Assembly: GCF_006345805.1 (NCBI RefSeq) | Contig: NC_042998.1 | Coordinates: 146,506,001-146,570,000 of the forward strand | Direction: 5' to 3' | Length of the DNA stretch: 64,000 bases | Origin: Octopus sinensis | Taxonomy: Eukaryota | The notes under the pieces: model-generated | What the model was told of the DNA's origin: nothing | Databases searched by the model: none | Seen by the model: only the letters and a program-made list of their open reading frames with translations | Shown: positions 26,186 through 39,600 of the stretch, one piece after another | Position numbering within the stretch: position 1 is the first letter of the stretch | How the letters are laid out: each line of letters starts with the position of its first letter | Translations under genes and position numbers: made by a program

Positions 26186-26906
26186 GGATCTTTTCAGTTT
26201 GAACGGCAGTTTTTAACAATTTCTAGGTAACTAAAAAATTTTAAACTTCGTATACTGGTAGAATGTGTTTATAAAACATCATTTTCTCTTGGCTTTCTTG
26301 AGAAAATTCTGTAGTTTGTAACATATTTTGTCTTTAATTTCTTGCATTTCGGCAATTTTAACCAATCACTGGCGTCTATTGAGTTAAAAAGCATTCTGTG
26401 CCGTTAAGAAACACATTAGGTTTATTTACATTTGTGAAGAAAAAAATATACCCTTCCCCCACCCCTAACCCTAACTAGCCCTAAATCTAAAATAGATTGA
26501 AATGCAATAGATCGATTCTAGGGTCATAATTATGGGTGACAATTTCATATGACACCCATAATTATGACCCTAGTATCGATCTATTACATTTCAATCTATT
26601 TTAGATTTAGGGTTAGGGGTGGGGGAAGGGTATCTTTTTTTCTTCACAAATGTAAATAAACCCAATGTGTTTCTTAAACGAGGGACATATTCATACGGCA
26701 CAGAATGCTTTCACCTCAACAGACGGTCATTGATTGGTTGAAATGCAAGAAATTAAAGACGAAATATGTTACAAACTACAGAATTTTCTGAAGAAAGCCA
26801 AGAGAAAATGATGTTTTATAAACACATTCTACCAGTATACGAAGTTTAAAATTTTTTAGTTACCTAGAAATTATGTTAAAAACTGCCGTTCAAACTGAAA
26901 AGATCC
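26186..26906. mobile_element. 721-bp fold-back (palindromic) DNA element with 8-bp TSD
   Basis: GACACCAT|GGATCTTTTCAGTTTGAACGGCAG ... CTGCCGTTCAAACTGAAAAGATCC|GACACCAT. The arms pair almost to the centre at about 26550-26562. Confidence 0.92.
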
Positions 26907-27262
26907 GACACCATTGTATTATATATATATATTGGCTAGAATACATGTTTGCATGGGTGATACATTGATAGAAGTAGTAGTAGCCCTATAGAATGGGTGT
27001 GTAATGTTAACCTGCAAGTGTAGCTGGAGTGCCACCCTAGGGTACAGGCCCACTGCTAATCTATGTATTCTGTGGACTTTTGGTTAGGGGGTTCACTTGA
27101 AGTTAAAACCAGTGGATATGGTGTGTTTGTGGGGATGAGATTCTATGCTAATGGCAACACTTTTGTTTTACCACCACCAATACTTGCATCACTAATTCTA
27201 CCACCATTACTTCTACTACTGCAATCACAACCTCTATTATCAGTACTTGTTATTATTTTCAG

Positions 27263-27753
27263 GAATTCCTGCTCCAGTTGTGTTCTTCACTAACTTAGAG
27301 AATGGCTGTATTTATATGGAGAAAATCCTCAATTCTTTGACAATGAAAGACTACATAAGAAACTGTCAACAACAGAATGGTGGGATGCAGTGTGCAAGTC
27401 AGTTCAGTCCACTGGTACTGAAGATGGGTGAAATGATTGGTAAGATGCACCAGAATAACCTCATTCATGGGGACTTAACCACATCTAATATATTGGTACG
27501 AGGAGATCCATCCAATTTGGATCTTGTATTCATTGATTTTGGCTTGAGCCATTTTGAGAATAATGCTGAAGACAAAGGAGTGGATTTATATGTTCTTGAA
27601 CGAGCATTGTTAAGTACCCACCCTAACACTGAACAGGTGTTTACTGATATACTTAATGGTTATAAAAAAGGTAATGAGGCTGGTTATGCAGATGTATTAC
27701 AAAAACTGGAAGAAGTGCGATTAAGAGGAAGAAAGCGAACCATGGTGGGATGA
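27263..27753 (+). CDS. TP53RK: TP53RK/Bud32 coding exon 2 (catalytic lobe to stop)
   Basis: Acceptor ttattttcag|GA completes the Gly codon in frame (GIPAP). Contains HGDLTTSN, IDFGL, EDKGVDLYVLERA and the C-terminal RGRKRTMVG. Spliced CDS is 690 nt = 229 aa. Confidence 0.96.
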
Positions 27754-27763
27754 ATAGAAAATG

Positions 27764-27769
27764 AATAAA
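27764..27769 (+). promoter_or_regulatory. Candidate polyadenylation signal of TP53RK
   Basis: AATAAA about 10 nt after the TGA stop, followed by T-rich downstream sequence. Confidence 0.5.
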
Positions 27770-27811
27770 AACCTACTTTTCTCAAAATTGCATTATTTTT
27801 CCTTTCTTCTT

Positions 27812-28162
27812 GTAACCCTCTTACCATATTTCTGATGAAATACACCACTTTTATTTCAATTAATTTTTTTTAATAATTAAGAATTAAAATAACATTAAGT
27901 TGATGTATGGAACTTAATTAACATGAACTTTTGATAGGTTTTTAATTTAGGTCACTTTAACTCTTTTGTTACCATTATTTCTGATGAAATACACTGACTT
28001 TTTAAAAATTATTTTTGAAAATAATGAAAAATTTAATAAAATAATTTATTATTAAGATAATGTTTGGAACTTAAATTAACATGAAATTTTGATGGAAGGT
28101 TTTAACAGCAAGTCTGTGTCATGGGACCCAGAGGTGGTCTCAGATTATATCCATAGAGTTAA
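27812..28162 (+). mobile_element. Two nested or tandem copies of a TTAA-type MITE
   Basis: ttaccat..ttctgatgaaatacac and ggaactt..attaacatgaa..tttgat each occur twice. A related copy lies at about 29248-29465. Confidence 0.55.
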
Positions 28163-30239
28163 TGCTATTTTTGGTTATTTGTTACTTGAAAGGGAGAAAA
28201 ATTTCTTTGGGTTCTCTTTATTGTGTATGTCTAAGTTAATAGAGAAGAATGAGAATTCTGCTTAATTTTTTTTTTCTTCCATTTAATTAACAGTTGAATT
28301 GTTATATCTACAGTACCATGTGATCCCATCATCATCATTGTTTTAACTTAGATTTTTTCAAGCTTGCATGAAGTAGATGGAATTAGTGAAGACAGATTTC
28401 CTCAAGCCAGATGCCTTTTCTATTGCTTACCTTCTCCTGTTTCCAAGCAACATATTTTTCCTATGGATTGTTGTGATTTCAGGGTACATCAAAAATGAAG
28501 GATACGACTTGTATGATAGTGATGCTCATTTATGATTATCACAATGTCAAGACAAGGAGACACAAATAACCAACCACCCCGCTTAGTTGATCTAAAGCTA
28601 TAATAGGAGACACTTGCCCAGAGTGTCACACATTGGGGACTGAATCTGAAACTATGTGGTCGAGAAATGAACAGGTATGGTCACATGCCCATACCTGTGT
28701 TCATTTGTATGTTTTTTGTTTTTTTTACAGTTAATTTTACAAACAGTATTATTACTGAGAAATAATATTTATCCCCACTTAAATGTGGATGGTCTGTTAG
28801 AACAAATTATACCATGGTAGATACCATAAAAGAAACTCTCATATAGGCTTTTGATACACTCTTGTTTATGTCACTAGCAGGGAAATAAATTCCCACCAGA
28901 TCACATGATTTCCAGCTTCCTTGATCTTGTCAGTGATGGACGTGTGACCACTACAGGTAGCAGCATTTTGTCTCCACCAGCAATATAAAGAATAACAGTG
29001 CCAGAACAGGTGCTGGTGTCGCAATTAGCCAATAGACTTGTTAAAAAATATTTATTAGCAGCAGAGGCAGTATTAACACCAAGAGATAATATTTATCTTC
29101 ACTTAATTGTGGATATTATGTCAGAACAAACTATACTGCAGTAGTTGCCATGACGATGACATAAACATTTATAATGTCTATGTCATCATCCACTTTTCTT
29201 TAATCTTTTTCTATGCTGTTGGCTTTCTTAGATCATATTTTTATTATTAACTGTTTTGTTACCATATTTTTCTGTGGAAACTACTTTTGTTTCAATTAAA
29301 TGTGAATGAATAAACATTATGTTTGACAGAGTAATGTGAGTGCTAAAGGGTTAAGTTGATATTTAGAGCATAAATTAACATGAAGATTTGATGGCAAGTA
29401 TTAATTTAAATCATTTTAAACTAGGAAATAGTCATCCCAGGTGGGTTGGTATCAAAAAGGTCAAACTTATTCTATCCTTTCCTTTATTCTCTCTACTTTC
29501 GCTACATCTGCCTCAAGTATCTGGGTTTCAGAAACAGTCAGTGAGTTCAGGGATTTCATTTTCTGGAGGTCCTCCTGTTAAATACTCTATCACATTTTAA
29601 GATATGTTTCTTCTTCAGCCTGCCTGAAATCCTACTGTCTTGTTTGCACTCATTGAGTTCTTTCCAACAACCTTTCTACAATTGAGCATGCTCTCTTCAT
29701 AGTTGTTCTCCTATAAGTTTGCATTATAGTTTGTTTTTTACCAAGTTGACTTTTAGGCCTTGAACTTTGTTGAACAGCAGCTCCTAAACTGGCAAGTATC
29801 AGCCCCTACTTCACTCTTCCCCCAAAATATTTGTAAAGTTATAAGGGTCTCTTTTTGCTCTTTAAAGAGATACAAAATAGAATTTGCATAAATTTTTTTT
29901 TTATCTTGGTGGTGGACCTCATCACCATCATTACAACCACCACCATTATCATCACTACCACCACCTCCTCATTACCAATAGCATCTCTATCAACATCCTC
30001 ATTGTTTTGCATCAACTTTTCCATACTTGCATGGGTCAGATGGAATTTGTTGAAGCATTTTTCTACTGTCAGATGCTTTTCATGTCACCAACCCTCACCT
30101 GTTTTCAAGCAAAGTAATATTTCCCCATAGTTTGACATGTTTTCAATGGAAAACAGGGAAATAAACATCCTTGCTAGTGTCATGATGCTCATTTACAACA
30201 ATGCGATGCCTAAACAAGGGTATACACACACACATAGGC

Positions 30240-31116
30240 TGTACCCAATAGTAACTGGAAGCGTTCTTTGTGGGACAAGCCTGCTGTAGTTCAGGCTTCT
30301 GCTGTTAGAAACCACTTGATGTGACCCACAGGCATCAGTCTGCCAACTGGTGTTGTTTGGTGAGGTCATACTGCCACATGGTGCATTTTTGTTTTGCAGT
30401 GCTTCTTCCCTGTCTGTCAATTTTTGTGATGGCTGAAATGGCTTCCATGAAATTTTGTTTTCTGCTGGGGAAAATGGCAGCCGAAACAGTTGTCACGCTT
30501 CTAACAGCTTACAAGGATACTGCCATGAGCAAAACACAAGTTTTTAAGGATTTCATGCTTTAGGTACCAACCTTGTTCAGGGCGACTGTTGAACTCCTGA
30601 ATGAATGAAAATATCATGAAAATTCATCTTAGAGGACCATCACTAAACAATTGACGAACTTGTTGATATGACTGGTGTGTCCTGGAGCTCCTGTCAACGA
30701 ATTTAGAGTGAGGATTTGCAAATGAAAAGAGTTGCTGCAAAATTTGTGCCTCGCTTGCTCACGGAAGATCAAAAGTAGTCATGACTGAATGCATGTTGTG
30801 AACTGAAAGAACAGTTGGAGGTTGATCTGGACCTTTTTTTTTTTTTAAGGTCTTCACTGGTGCTATGGAATTTTTAAGGTCTTCACTGGTGCTATGGAAT
30901 TTGCGAATTTGGAAGAGGTGAAGTAAAAAACAACAGAAGCGTTAAAAAGCATCGCTTTACAAGAGTATCAGCTCTGCTTCCAACAGTGGAAAACATGTCT
31001 GGACTGAAAAGTTGTTTCAAAGAGAGAATATTTTGAAAGTGATAAAAGTGTAAACATGTAAAACTGTGAATACAATAATATTGTAAATTTCTGTTTTTGT
31101 TTTGAGTGCCCCCTTA
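30240..31116 (+). mobile_element. Internally deleted mariner, same family as 41070-42290
   Basis: Shares 5' UTR and the N-terminal KFCFLLGK.A.ETV, AAKFVPRLL with the 41 kb copy. The catalytic core is deleted, with a ~30-bp tandem duplication at about 30842-30902. Confidence 0.85.
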
Positions 31117-31594
31117 TATACGATGGGCTTATTTTAGTTTTCATCTACCAAATCCACTCAAGAAGAAAACACTTACCTAAAAGTGCCACATAACATGACT
31201 GAACCCATGTCCATATGGTTGGGACGCAAGCAGCTTAATCACACAGCCATACCTGTGCCTGTTGTGGCTAAACATTTTGCATTGCAAACATGTGCTTTTA
31301 GGTTCAATCTCACTGTGAGACATCTTGGTACAGTGCCTCCCTCTCTATTGTAACTCCATTCACCATGCAGCTTAGTCTTGCAGGCTTGCTGGTGCTATAA
31401 AAAAAAGCACCCAGAATACCTTGTAAAGTGGCCGGCTGTAGAGACCACACTGAAATGAACATTGGAGCATGATGCAATCCTTGAACCTGATCCTGTTAAA
31501 CTGTCCAACCTATGCCCACATGGACCATGGATGTAAAATGATAATCTATACACACACACACAGAGTTTCCATCTACCAAATTCTCTCACAAGGC

Positions 31595-31966
31595 ATTGGA
31601 AATGAGATGCTACTTCAACATTAAAATCATTTCCCACTTAAGCAACATCATGTATAAGCAGCTTTGCAAAACCACTCTGCATCATATTGGCTCCCTTGAA
31701 GATCTCACATCAAAGAAGAAAAAGGAAGCAGAGATGACAAGATTGTATGGTTATATAAGATCTCATGACCTTGCAAAAGCCCGTTTTTCAAGGAACTGTT
31801 AAAGGAAAAAGAAATAGAGGTGGACAGAGGAAATGATGGACGGACAACATCAAAGAATAGACAGGCAAATTGTATGTGGCACATTGTCTTGACATGAAGA
31901 AAACCAGTGTACAGTGTGTCATGACACCCTTACAACTACATTGATAGTTCAGGACCTAAGACAAGA
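31595..31966 (+). mobile_element. RTE-clade LINE 3' fragment
   Basis: EMRCY..., LYGYIRS.DLAK, QGTVKG..RGGQRK.W.DNIKE motifs. Short repeat tail ctaagacaaga. Confidence 0.65.
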
Positions 31967-32219
31967 TATGTTTATGAATAATTTTAGGATAACTGTTGTT
32001 TTTGAATATTACATCAACTCTTGATGCTACTGATAATGTAGTCTGTCAAAAGTAAGGCTGAGACAGTCTTGTGAAAAATTTAAAAACAGTCAGTAAATGT
32101 GACAGCAATTACACACATACTGCTGAAAAAGATATAAATGAAGAGGCATGCCAACAGGAAGTCTACAAGACATTTTTTAACTTGATGTATGTATATATAT
32201 ATATGTGTGTGTGTGTGTG

Positions 32220-32482
32220 TATATACAAATACATTGTGAGTAGATTTGGTTGATGGAAACTGAAAGAAGCCCATCGTATATGTGTCTTTGTGCCTGTTTT
32301 TGTCCCCCGCATCACTGCTTGACAACAAGTGTTGGTGTGTTTACATTCCCGTAACTTAGCAGTTTGGCAAAAGAGACCAATAGACTTTAAAAAATGTCCT
32401 GGGGTCAATTTGTTTGACTAAAATCCTTCAAAGTGGTACTCCAGCATGGCCATAGTCAAATGACTGAAGCGAGTAAAAGAAT
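32220..32482 (+). mobile_element. SINE ending in ccagcatggcc..agtc.aatgactgaa.c.agtaaaaga; related copies at about 53460-53668, 55680-56055, 57170-57220, 61425-61790
   Basis: The same 3' block recurs at least five times on both strands. Confidence 0.7.
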
Positions 32483-34229
32483 AATATATATGTATAGTTT
32501 GTTTACTTAATGTCTGTTTTTACAGGCTAGTATGGGTTAGGTGAGATTTATTTGAGGCAGAATGGCAGAATTTATTGTTGGAAGGCCTTCCTACTGGCAA
32601 GCACATTACAACATGCACATGATGTACTTTATCCTACCACTGGTACAGGAGTGGCTGTTTTCCTGGACTCAAGTCTCTCCTCTACTCTGTATTGGTGTTT
32701 TTTCCCAGATTTACAGCAAGATGGTTTTTACTGTCACAAGCAGTAACTGATTTTCATATAAAGGACTTTATTTTTTTTCTACAAGTCTTTGAAGACATAC
32801 AATGATCAATCACAATGTCAACAAGGACTGTAAACATCACATTATTGTTTCACTTGGGCAGTGACAATCAAAACTGTTGAATGTCAGCTTTCATGAACAT
32901 TCATGCAAGCACACACACACACAAATATATACATATTTGATGGGCTTCCTATAGCTTACGAAATTCACTTACAGGGCATTGGTTGGTTTGGGGTTATAGT
33001 AGAAGACAGTTGCTTGGTGTCACTCAATGGGACTGAACTCTAAACTATGTGGTTGTAAAGTGATCTTCTTAACCACACAGTGATACCTGTGTCTGTGCAC
33101 AAACTGAAAAAACACCAGTACGGAATAGTGGGAAGACTTGAGTCCAGACTTTAGCCATAGCAAACAGCCTCTCTTGGATCAACCTATATATGTTATAAAG
33201 TAGAAACAGTTGGAAGAGCATCAAGCTGTAAAACCCATCCACTTATGTCAGCAGGATTAACACTGTTAGAACTATACACAGCAGTGGGGCAGCCAAGTAT
33301 GACCACCCCTCCTCACTGACAATACTGATGTGATAAGATGAACTGTTTTTTTTTTTAGGAACAGATAGACATTCAGCAGTACTATACTGACATCAGTGAA
33401 AAATCTCTTCTTTTCAGTTGTAGGATTTAGGTTAGTGTGCTGACAGAATAATTCAACTCAGTTGTGTCATGATAACTGTTCTGTCTTTATATAGTAGTGA
33501 TGAGTGGCAGATGAGCAGAACACAATTTCTGTAAGGTCCACTTGAAGATAATATCAACCCTGTTATTACAACTGGTGACTCTAATGGACAACATAAATAT
33601 GGTAATTTTGATGATGATGGAAAGTAGGATCATGGTACAAAGAATGGAGATGGATTCATGTTCTTAGAATTCTCATGACACACTTGACTTAACCATTTGT
33701 AATACAAATTTCAGGAAGCCAATTGTCTTTCACCAAAATAAACATGTGAGCCAGGAAGGTGTTGTATTCACAAGAAATGTGACAATCAACCAGAGGTTGT
33801 GAATACTCCTTCCCCAGTAAAGAATGTTCAGTCACCATCAAATGATAGTTATTGACTGTAGGATATGAGCTTGGTGAACTTGGATAAAGAAGATAAACTG
33901 GGATAGGAAGGTTTCTAAACTGAAATATCTGTCTACCTAAAAGCAATGTTCAAACAATGTATTTGATGAGAGAGGGAAGAAATAGAGAATCATCATCATT
34001 AACACCCTTTTTCTTATGTTGGTATGGGTTGGACAGTTTGGCATGAATTCACAAGCCAGAGGGCTGCATTGAGCTCTACTCTTGATTGAGTGGGAGTATA
34101 ATACTGAGGGAGGTGAAAGTGTGATAGAGAGACAAGAGCAGATGCATTGCTGAAGAGGTAAATACATGGTTTTATGATATTATAATTGTCTACTGGGTAT
34201 TTTTACATAACTAACAGTTGTAAGCCATA

Positions 34230-35070
34230 GACTGGATCTATGGGTGGAATAAAGCGTCAGTCAAGCAGGGAGTGGCCTTGATAGCCTTTTGTAAGTGATT
34301 CAGCAAGTTGGCATGGTAATCTTCACTGATAGTGTGACCCTTTTGAAGATAGTCTATAAGCAATGCCTTCTGCATTCCAAAAAACTGTAGATGAAACGAC
34401 CTTGGTTTTCTTTGGAGCAAGTCAGGAGGGGTGTTCTCACTGCATGGATTGTCTCTTTCTCTTTTGGGTTAGGAAACCAGCTGAATCTGCCTGAAACACT
34501 ATCAAATTTTCCTGTGATGTGATCAGGCTGGTTTGCTTTTGATCAGGTGTCAGAAGACGTGGAACCCACTGAACAGAAACCTTTGTCATACCAAGTTCAT
34601 TGTACAAAATATTCTCAATTCTCTAATGGGATATGCTAATAGCATAGGCTATTTGATTTATAGTCAATTGCCTGTCATCTATCACCATGTGGTGAACACA
34701 AATGTTTTCCTAGGTGGTGACCTTGAGTCATCTTCAATACTCTCTTTTTCCCTCCTAAATTCAGCTGTCCACTTTTACATTGTTAATAAAGCTGTAGTGT
34801 CATCCTCTAATGTAAGAACCATGTGAGCATGAATGTCCTTGGAGGTTAAACATGTTTGTTTGTAGGTACTTGATAACACTATGATGCCAAATTTTGTTTA
34901 ATTTTTCAAGAGAAGTTGCTCCTAGCTACATTTGAAGTTTTTGAACAGTCAGATGTCAATTTACTTGGAAAGAAACAATGCAGTTTTTAATAAGAAAGGT
35001 TGAAATTAATATATGCAAGATTTCACAGCTCTAGCATCACTCCTTCATAGCGCGCCTATGAAATTTTTGG
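34230..35070 (-). mobile_element. Mariner transposase fragment
   Basis: LLIDYLQKGHTI...YHANLL..L..AIK and SVGSTSS (frameshifted WVP.LL region). Boundaries approximate. Confidence 0.7.
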
Positions 35071-35148
35071 CTCACCTTTGTAGATGGAAGATGGGTAGTT
35101 TGCCTTTTGAGTTGTTTTTGACTCTGGTCATTGGGAAAAAAGGAAAGA

Positions 35149-37503
35149 TTTAATCCTTGAGTATTCAAACCAGCCATATCTGGCCGAAATATTCTGTCTA
35201 TTTTTTTTTTATTCAAACTAGTCATATCCAGCTTCTCACACCTACCCTACACTGTCATTCTAAAAATAAACAATCATATTGAAATCTCAAAGCTATGAGA
35301 TTAATTCAAAATAATGTTAGTTAGTTAGTTAGTTAATTTGGCTCAAAAGCAAATAGCAAGGCCATGTAGGGGGACATGGAGTTAAGTACAGGGTGGTGTT
35401 CATGTAAAGAGTTCAGGCCACTTGAGGTCCAGGGAGGCTTTGAACAAAGCGATCGTCGGCATCTTCACCATCTTGTCTGGCAGCTTGTTCCACGGATCCG
35501 CAACCCGGATGGAGAAAGCTCCTCTCCTTCGATTGAGATGAAATCGTCGCAGGTAGAGCTTTTCGGAATGACCCCGCAGCCGACGCTCTGGAGCAGGAGT
35601 GAAGAACAGCTCTTTCGAGAGGTTACACTTTCCGCTTATGATGTTGTGGGCAAGAATGAGATCACCACGGCGGCGGCGTTTTTCAAGAGAATAAAGGTCG
35701 AGCGTCCTCAGCCTTTCTTCGTAGGACAAATTTTTGAGACCATGAACCATGTGGGTAGCCAGCTTCTGGACTCTTTTGAGATGCTGTATGTCTTTGAGGA
35801 GATAAGGAGAAGAGGCTTGAATCCCATACTCCAATATGGGTCTCACCAGCGTGACAAAGAGTGGTAGGAATATGGCTGCTGTGAGCATTCCGAATAACTG
35901 TCGAATCAAGAACAGAATTCCGCGTGCTTTGTTGGCAGCATGGACGCACTGGGCCGAAGGCGAAAAGGAGGAATCCACCAAGATACCCAGGTCCTTTACC
36001 TGATCGGTCCTCTCCAGCAGCAGACGACCCGGCTCGAAATCAAGTTGAGTTGCAGGAGTAGAGCCGACAGGCAGATGACAGCACTTTGACACGTTCAGAC
36101 ACAGGTCCCAATCGTTAGACCACTTCCAAATTTGGTGGAGGCATCGACGAAGATCCTCTATATTACCGCGAGGAGCGACCAGTTTGATATCGTCGGCAAA
36201 TAGAAGGATGTGTTGCGTGAGGTCGTCGGGCAAGTCATTTATGAAGACTAAGAACAACAAGGGCCCAAGCACTGAACCTTGAGGCACGCCACTGCTCGCA
36301 CTGGAAACGTCGGACCGCAAACTTGGACTTGGAAGGAGCGATCTGAGAGGAAGGTACCAACCCATCGTATAATATCCGGATGGAAACTATATGCTTGAAG
36401 CTTGACAAGTAATAGGCGGTGGTTTACCGAGTCAAAAGCTTTGGCAAAGTCCAATAAAACGATGTCAACAGCATCACTATCATCGAGGATGCGCGTCACC
36501 AATTCTTCCATTACTAGTAAGTTGGTCAAGCATGATCTCTTCGGCACGAAGCTGTGTTGGGAATCAGAGATAGAGGCTGTGTTTAGGAGGTGGAGCATCA
36601 TACCTTTCTTAAGGATGGTTTCGAACATCTTGCTGATTATTGATGTAAGGGAAACCGGTCGGTAGTTAAGCGGGTCTTCGCGGCTCCCTTTCTTGAAAAT
36701 TGGGCAGATTATCGCTGTTCTCCAGTCTGCAGGTATAACACCCGTCGCCAATGACATATTGAATAGTCGTGTTAAGGGCTTGCAGATGACCGGAGCCAAC
36801 GCTTTGATAACCCGTGGGTGTATGCCGTCAGGGCCGTGACCCTTGTTGACATCGAGGCCTTGAAAAACATGTTTGACTTCGTCCCGCGTGATGACCAATC
36901 GAAGCATTGGAGGTACCGATCTATCAAATAGAGGGGGTTCACGACCATCATCTTGTTTGAAAATAGTTGAAAAAGCCTCGGCAAATAATTGACTCTGTTG
37001 ATAAGGGTCCTCAATCGATACGCCTGTTAAGTCTACCAACGTTGCAATCTGGTTGTTCAAGCGGGAATTCCGCTGGACATGGGCAAAGAAGGTTTTTGGA
37101 TTGCTACTGGCATTTGCCGCGATTTTGTATTCATAACTGAAGCGTTCTTTCTTTTCAATTTTCACGGCTCGGTCTCGTTGAGTTTTGTACACCTCAAAAG
37201 CTGCAGTCGAATCCAGATTTTTGAATTCAGCCCAAGCAATATCTCTGAGTCGACGTTCTCGTTTAACCTTCTTCGTCACCCAGGGCTTGTGTTTCTTCTT
37301 CTTGGAAAGCCCAACGGGAACTGCCTGGTCAGTCAAACAGATTACATATGCTTTGAGGGATGACCATAGTTCATCAACAGAGGACAACGTCATCAGGGAT
37401 CGCCAGTCCAGAAGCGCGGAAGCCTCAGTTAGAATTTCAAGATTAATTGCAGAGAAGACTCAGCATTATATGTGACAGAATAATCTGAATGCTAAAGGAT
37501 TAA
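35149..37503. mobile_element. TTAA-flanked piggyBac-like MITE split by the CR1 insertion
   Basis: Left end TTAA|tccttgagtattcaaac and right end aatctgaatgctaaagga|TTAA are inverted termini. A related end is seen at about 29325-29353. Confidence 0.6.
35315..37445 (-). mobile_element. 5'-truncated, young CR1-clade LINE (ORF2 RT with one frameshift)
   Basis: ORFs 37393-36248 and 36365-35400 contain GPDGI, NYRPVSLTS, DFAKAFDSV, GVPQGSVLGPLLF, FADD, KDLG, RRRGDLI and WNKLP. 3' tail is (CTAA)n at about 35316-35335. Confidence 0.95.
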
Positions 37504-37959
37504 AAGGGAGCTTGATACATGATAGAGTAGAATATAATATGGCTGTTATCGTATGGTCACTGTTGTTGTACCACATAACTTTACTTGTATCAATGTTTGA
37601 AGTTAACTCTCAAGAGTAATTTATTTAGACTATGTTACTGTGCATCAGACAGGGTAATCATCCATTTTATGCTTATACAAATATTTCTCAATTATAAACT
37701 TACCAATATCTAAGATAGGAACTCCCATTTGGAAAAATACAATACATTTCTTTGTGCATTACAAAAGCATGCACATTGGAATTTTAAAATACATCCTCTT
37801 TTAACTTCATAATGTTTATCTTTTTTCTCTAATATGTAGTTTATTAAACAATACCCTAATGAATCCACTTAAGTAGCTTTAATATATTAAAATTATTGAT
37901 AGTATGTTAAATTATCTGTTATTGATCTCTCTATCACACTTTCTGATTTGTTTAACGAG

Positions 37960-38603
37960 ACCATAAAAGATAAGTCATGGCAGTGACAAAAACACCAGAA
38001 CAACTCATCATCCAATGCCAAGGAGTTACCTTTGAACTAGTCACCAAGTTCAAATAACCGGGTGTTATTATAGATCAGTCAGGAGACAGAGGCCAAAAGA
38101 TAAGAGCATGGCTTGGGGCAGCAAGATCAGCCTTAAAAATCACTTATTACAATCTGGAAAGACAACTTTTAACATGAACATCAAATTAAAAATCCTGAAG
38201 ATACTAGTTTGATCTGTTGTAGTGGATGTGAAAGCTTGAGCCTAAGAGCAAATGACCCAACCAAGCTCAAAGCATTTGAAACAACATGTTACTGAAGAAT
38301 ACTGAGGATCAGCTGCGCTGACCATTGAATGAGTCTGTACTTGAGAAATAGGATCAGGAAGAGAAAGCTGCAGTACTTTGGGGCTCAGAACCTCAGCACA
38401 TATATTCTAGAGGTAAGAGCCAATGGAAAAGGAAGAAGAAACTGAGAAGATGCTGGCCAGACCACATCAAAGAATGGTCTGGAAGACCTCTAGCTGAATG
38501 CACAACCATGGCCAGAAGCAGGAATTAATGGAAAGAGAGATGGTGCATGCATCTACAGTCACTGATCCTCAAGCAACGAAGGTGAGAATAGACAAGGCAA
38601 GGC
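37960..38603 (+). mobile_element. RTE-clade LINE 3' fragment
   Basis: ELVTKFK.(L)G, IWK, GCESL, AFETTCY.RILRIS and W.DHIKEW motifs. 3' tail gacaaggcaaggca. Confidence 0.75.
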
Positions 38604-38889
38604 ATACTTTCATTTAAGTATTTCACATGTTCATATTTTACCCTACTCTTGCATATCTAGCCAAGATATGTCATAGCTACCTACTAAATATATACATGTT
38701 ACATTTCAAACCAATAGATATAAAACATTATTTATTGAAATAATTTTTCTTTGTTATGTTATCATTTTCCCATCCTTCATCAATAAACCAGTCAATAATT
38801 AACTTCAGCAAATCTGAACTGACTGACCTCTTCTCAGAGGTATTGATCATTAATAATCTTTTACCTGGAAAATAGCAAATGATAACAAA

Positions 38890-39600
38890 TGTAGATGTGG
38901 AAAAGTCAGCATACTAAAGTATAGTCTATCTAACAGCTCAGTGGCACTGGAAAAGTGTACATGGAGACATCATAAAGTTCTCAAAATCTACTATAGCACT
39001 GCCAAGAAAACAATAGAAATGATCAATGGCAACAAGAAACCACCAAAGAATGGCAGTGAATAGTTTATCACATTTGTTTATCAGGTTCAAGATGATTACC
39101 CAAAACAGGGGAAAGCTGTGAAAGGCAAGAACTGGGACAGAATTTGGGAGGTGGTAGCTGATCGTTTAGGGTGTGAATGCCTCTTTTTAACACCAAGAAG
39201 GAAGAAGCCAGATATGGCAATCTGGTGTGAGAAACATAAAATAGTACACCTTGTTGAATTAACTGTTCTACATAAAGACAATATAGATGCAACTCAGGAT
39301 AAAAAAGACAAGTGTTATGTGATGATACTAGAAGACTGTGAAGATGCTGGTTGCTGTGCAGTACACTTTCCGGTAGAAGCTGGATGTAGGGGTTTTATTG
39401 GAATCAGACTAAGATGGTGACTGCTATCAGTTAACATCAAATATTGTTTAAAAAAAAACCTTTTTGAAAGAAATCCAGCCAATATATGAGAGAGCTGGTG
39501 ATTGGATACAACTGAAAATGTATGATAAAACCTGGTTGGAGGTGATGTGTGGGTGTAAGGCAAGTACCTGTTTATCTATATGACAAGTTAGACCCACATG
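38890..39600 (+). mobile_element. Hero/NeSL-like non-LTR retrotransposon fragment (restriction-like endonuclease domain)
   Basis: TWRHHKVL followed by KPDMAIW...IVHLVELTV...FPVEAGCRGF, the PD-(D/E)xK RLE signature of Hero-type elements. Confidence 0.75.

Noticed and set aside
26461-26620. Telomeric repeats or fusion site
   Set aside because: Only about two units per side, lying symmetrically within the arms of a TSD-flanked element.
35376-37475. Plus-strand ORFs over the LINE, and antisense ORFs over the ZNF and DAGLA exons
   Set aside because: Shadow frames of real coding sequence on the other strand.
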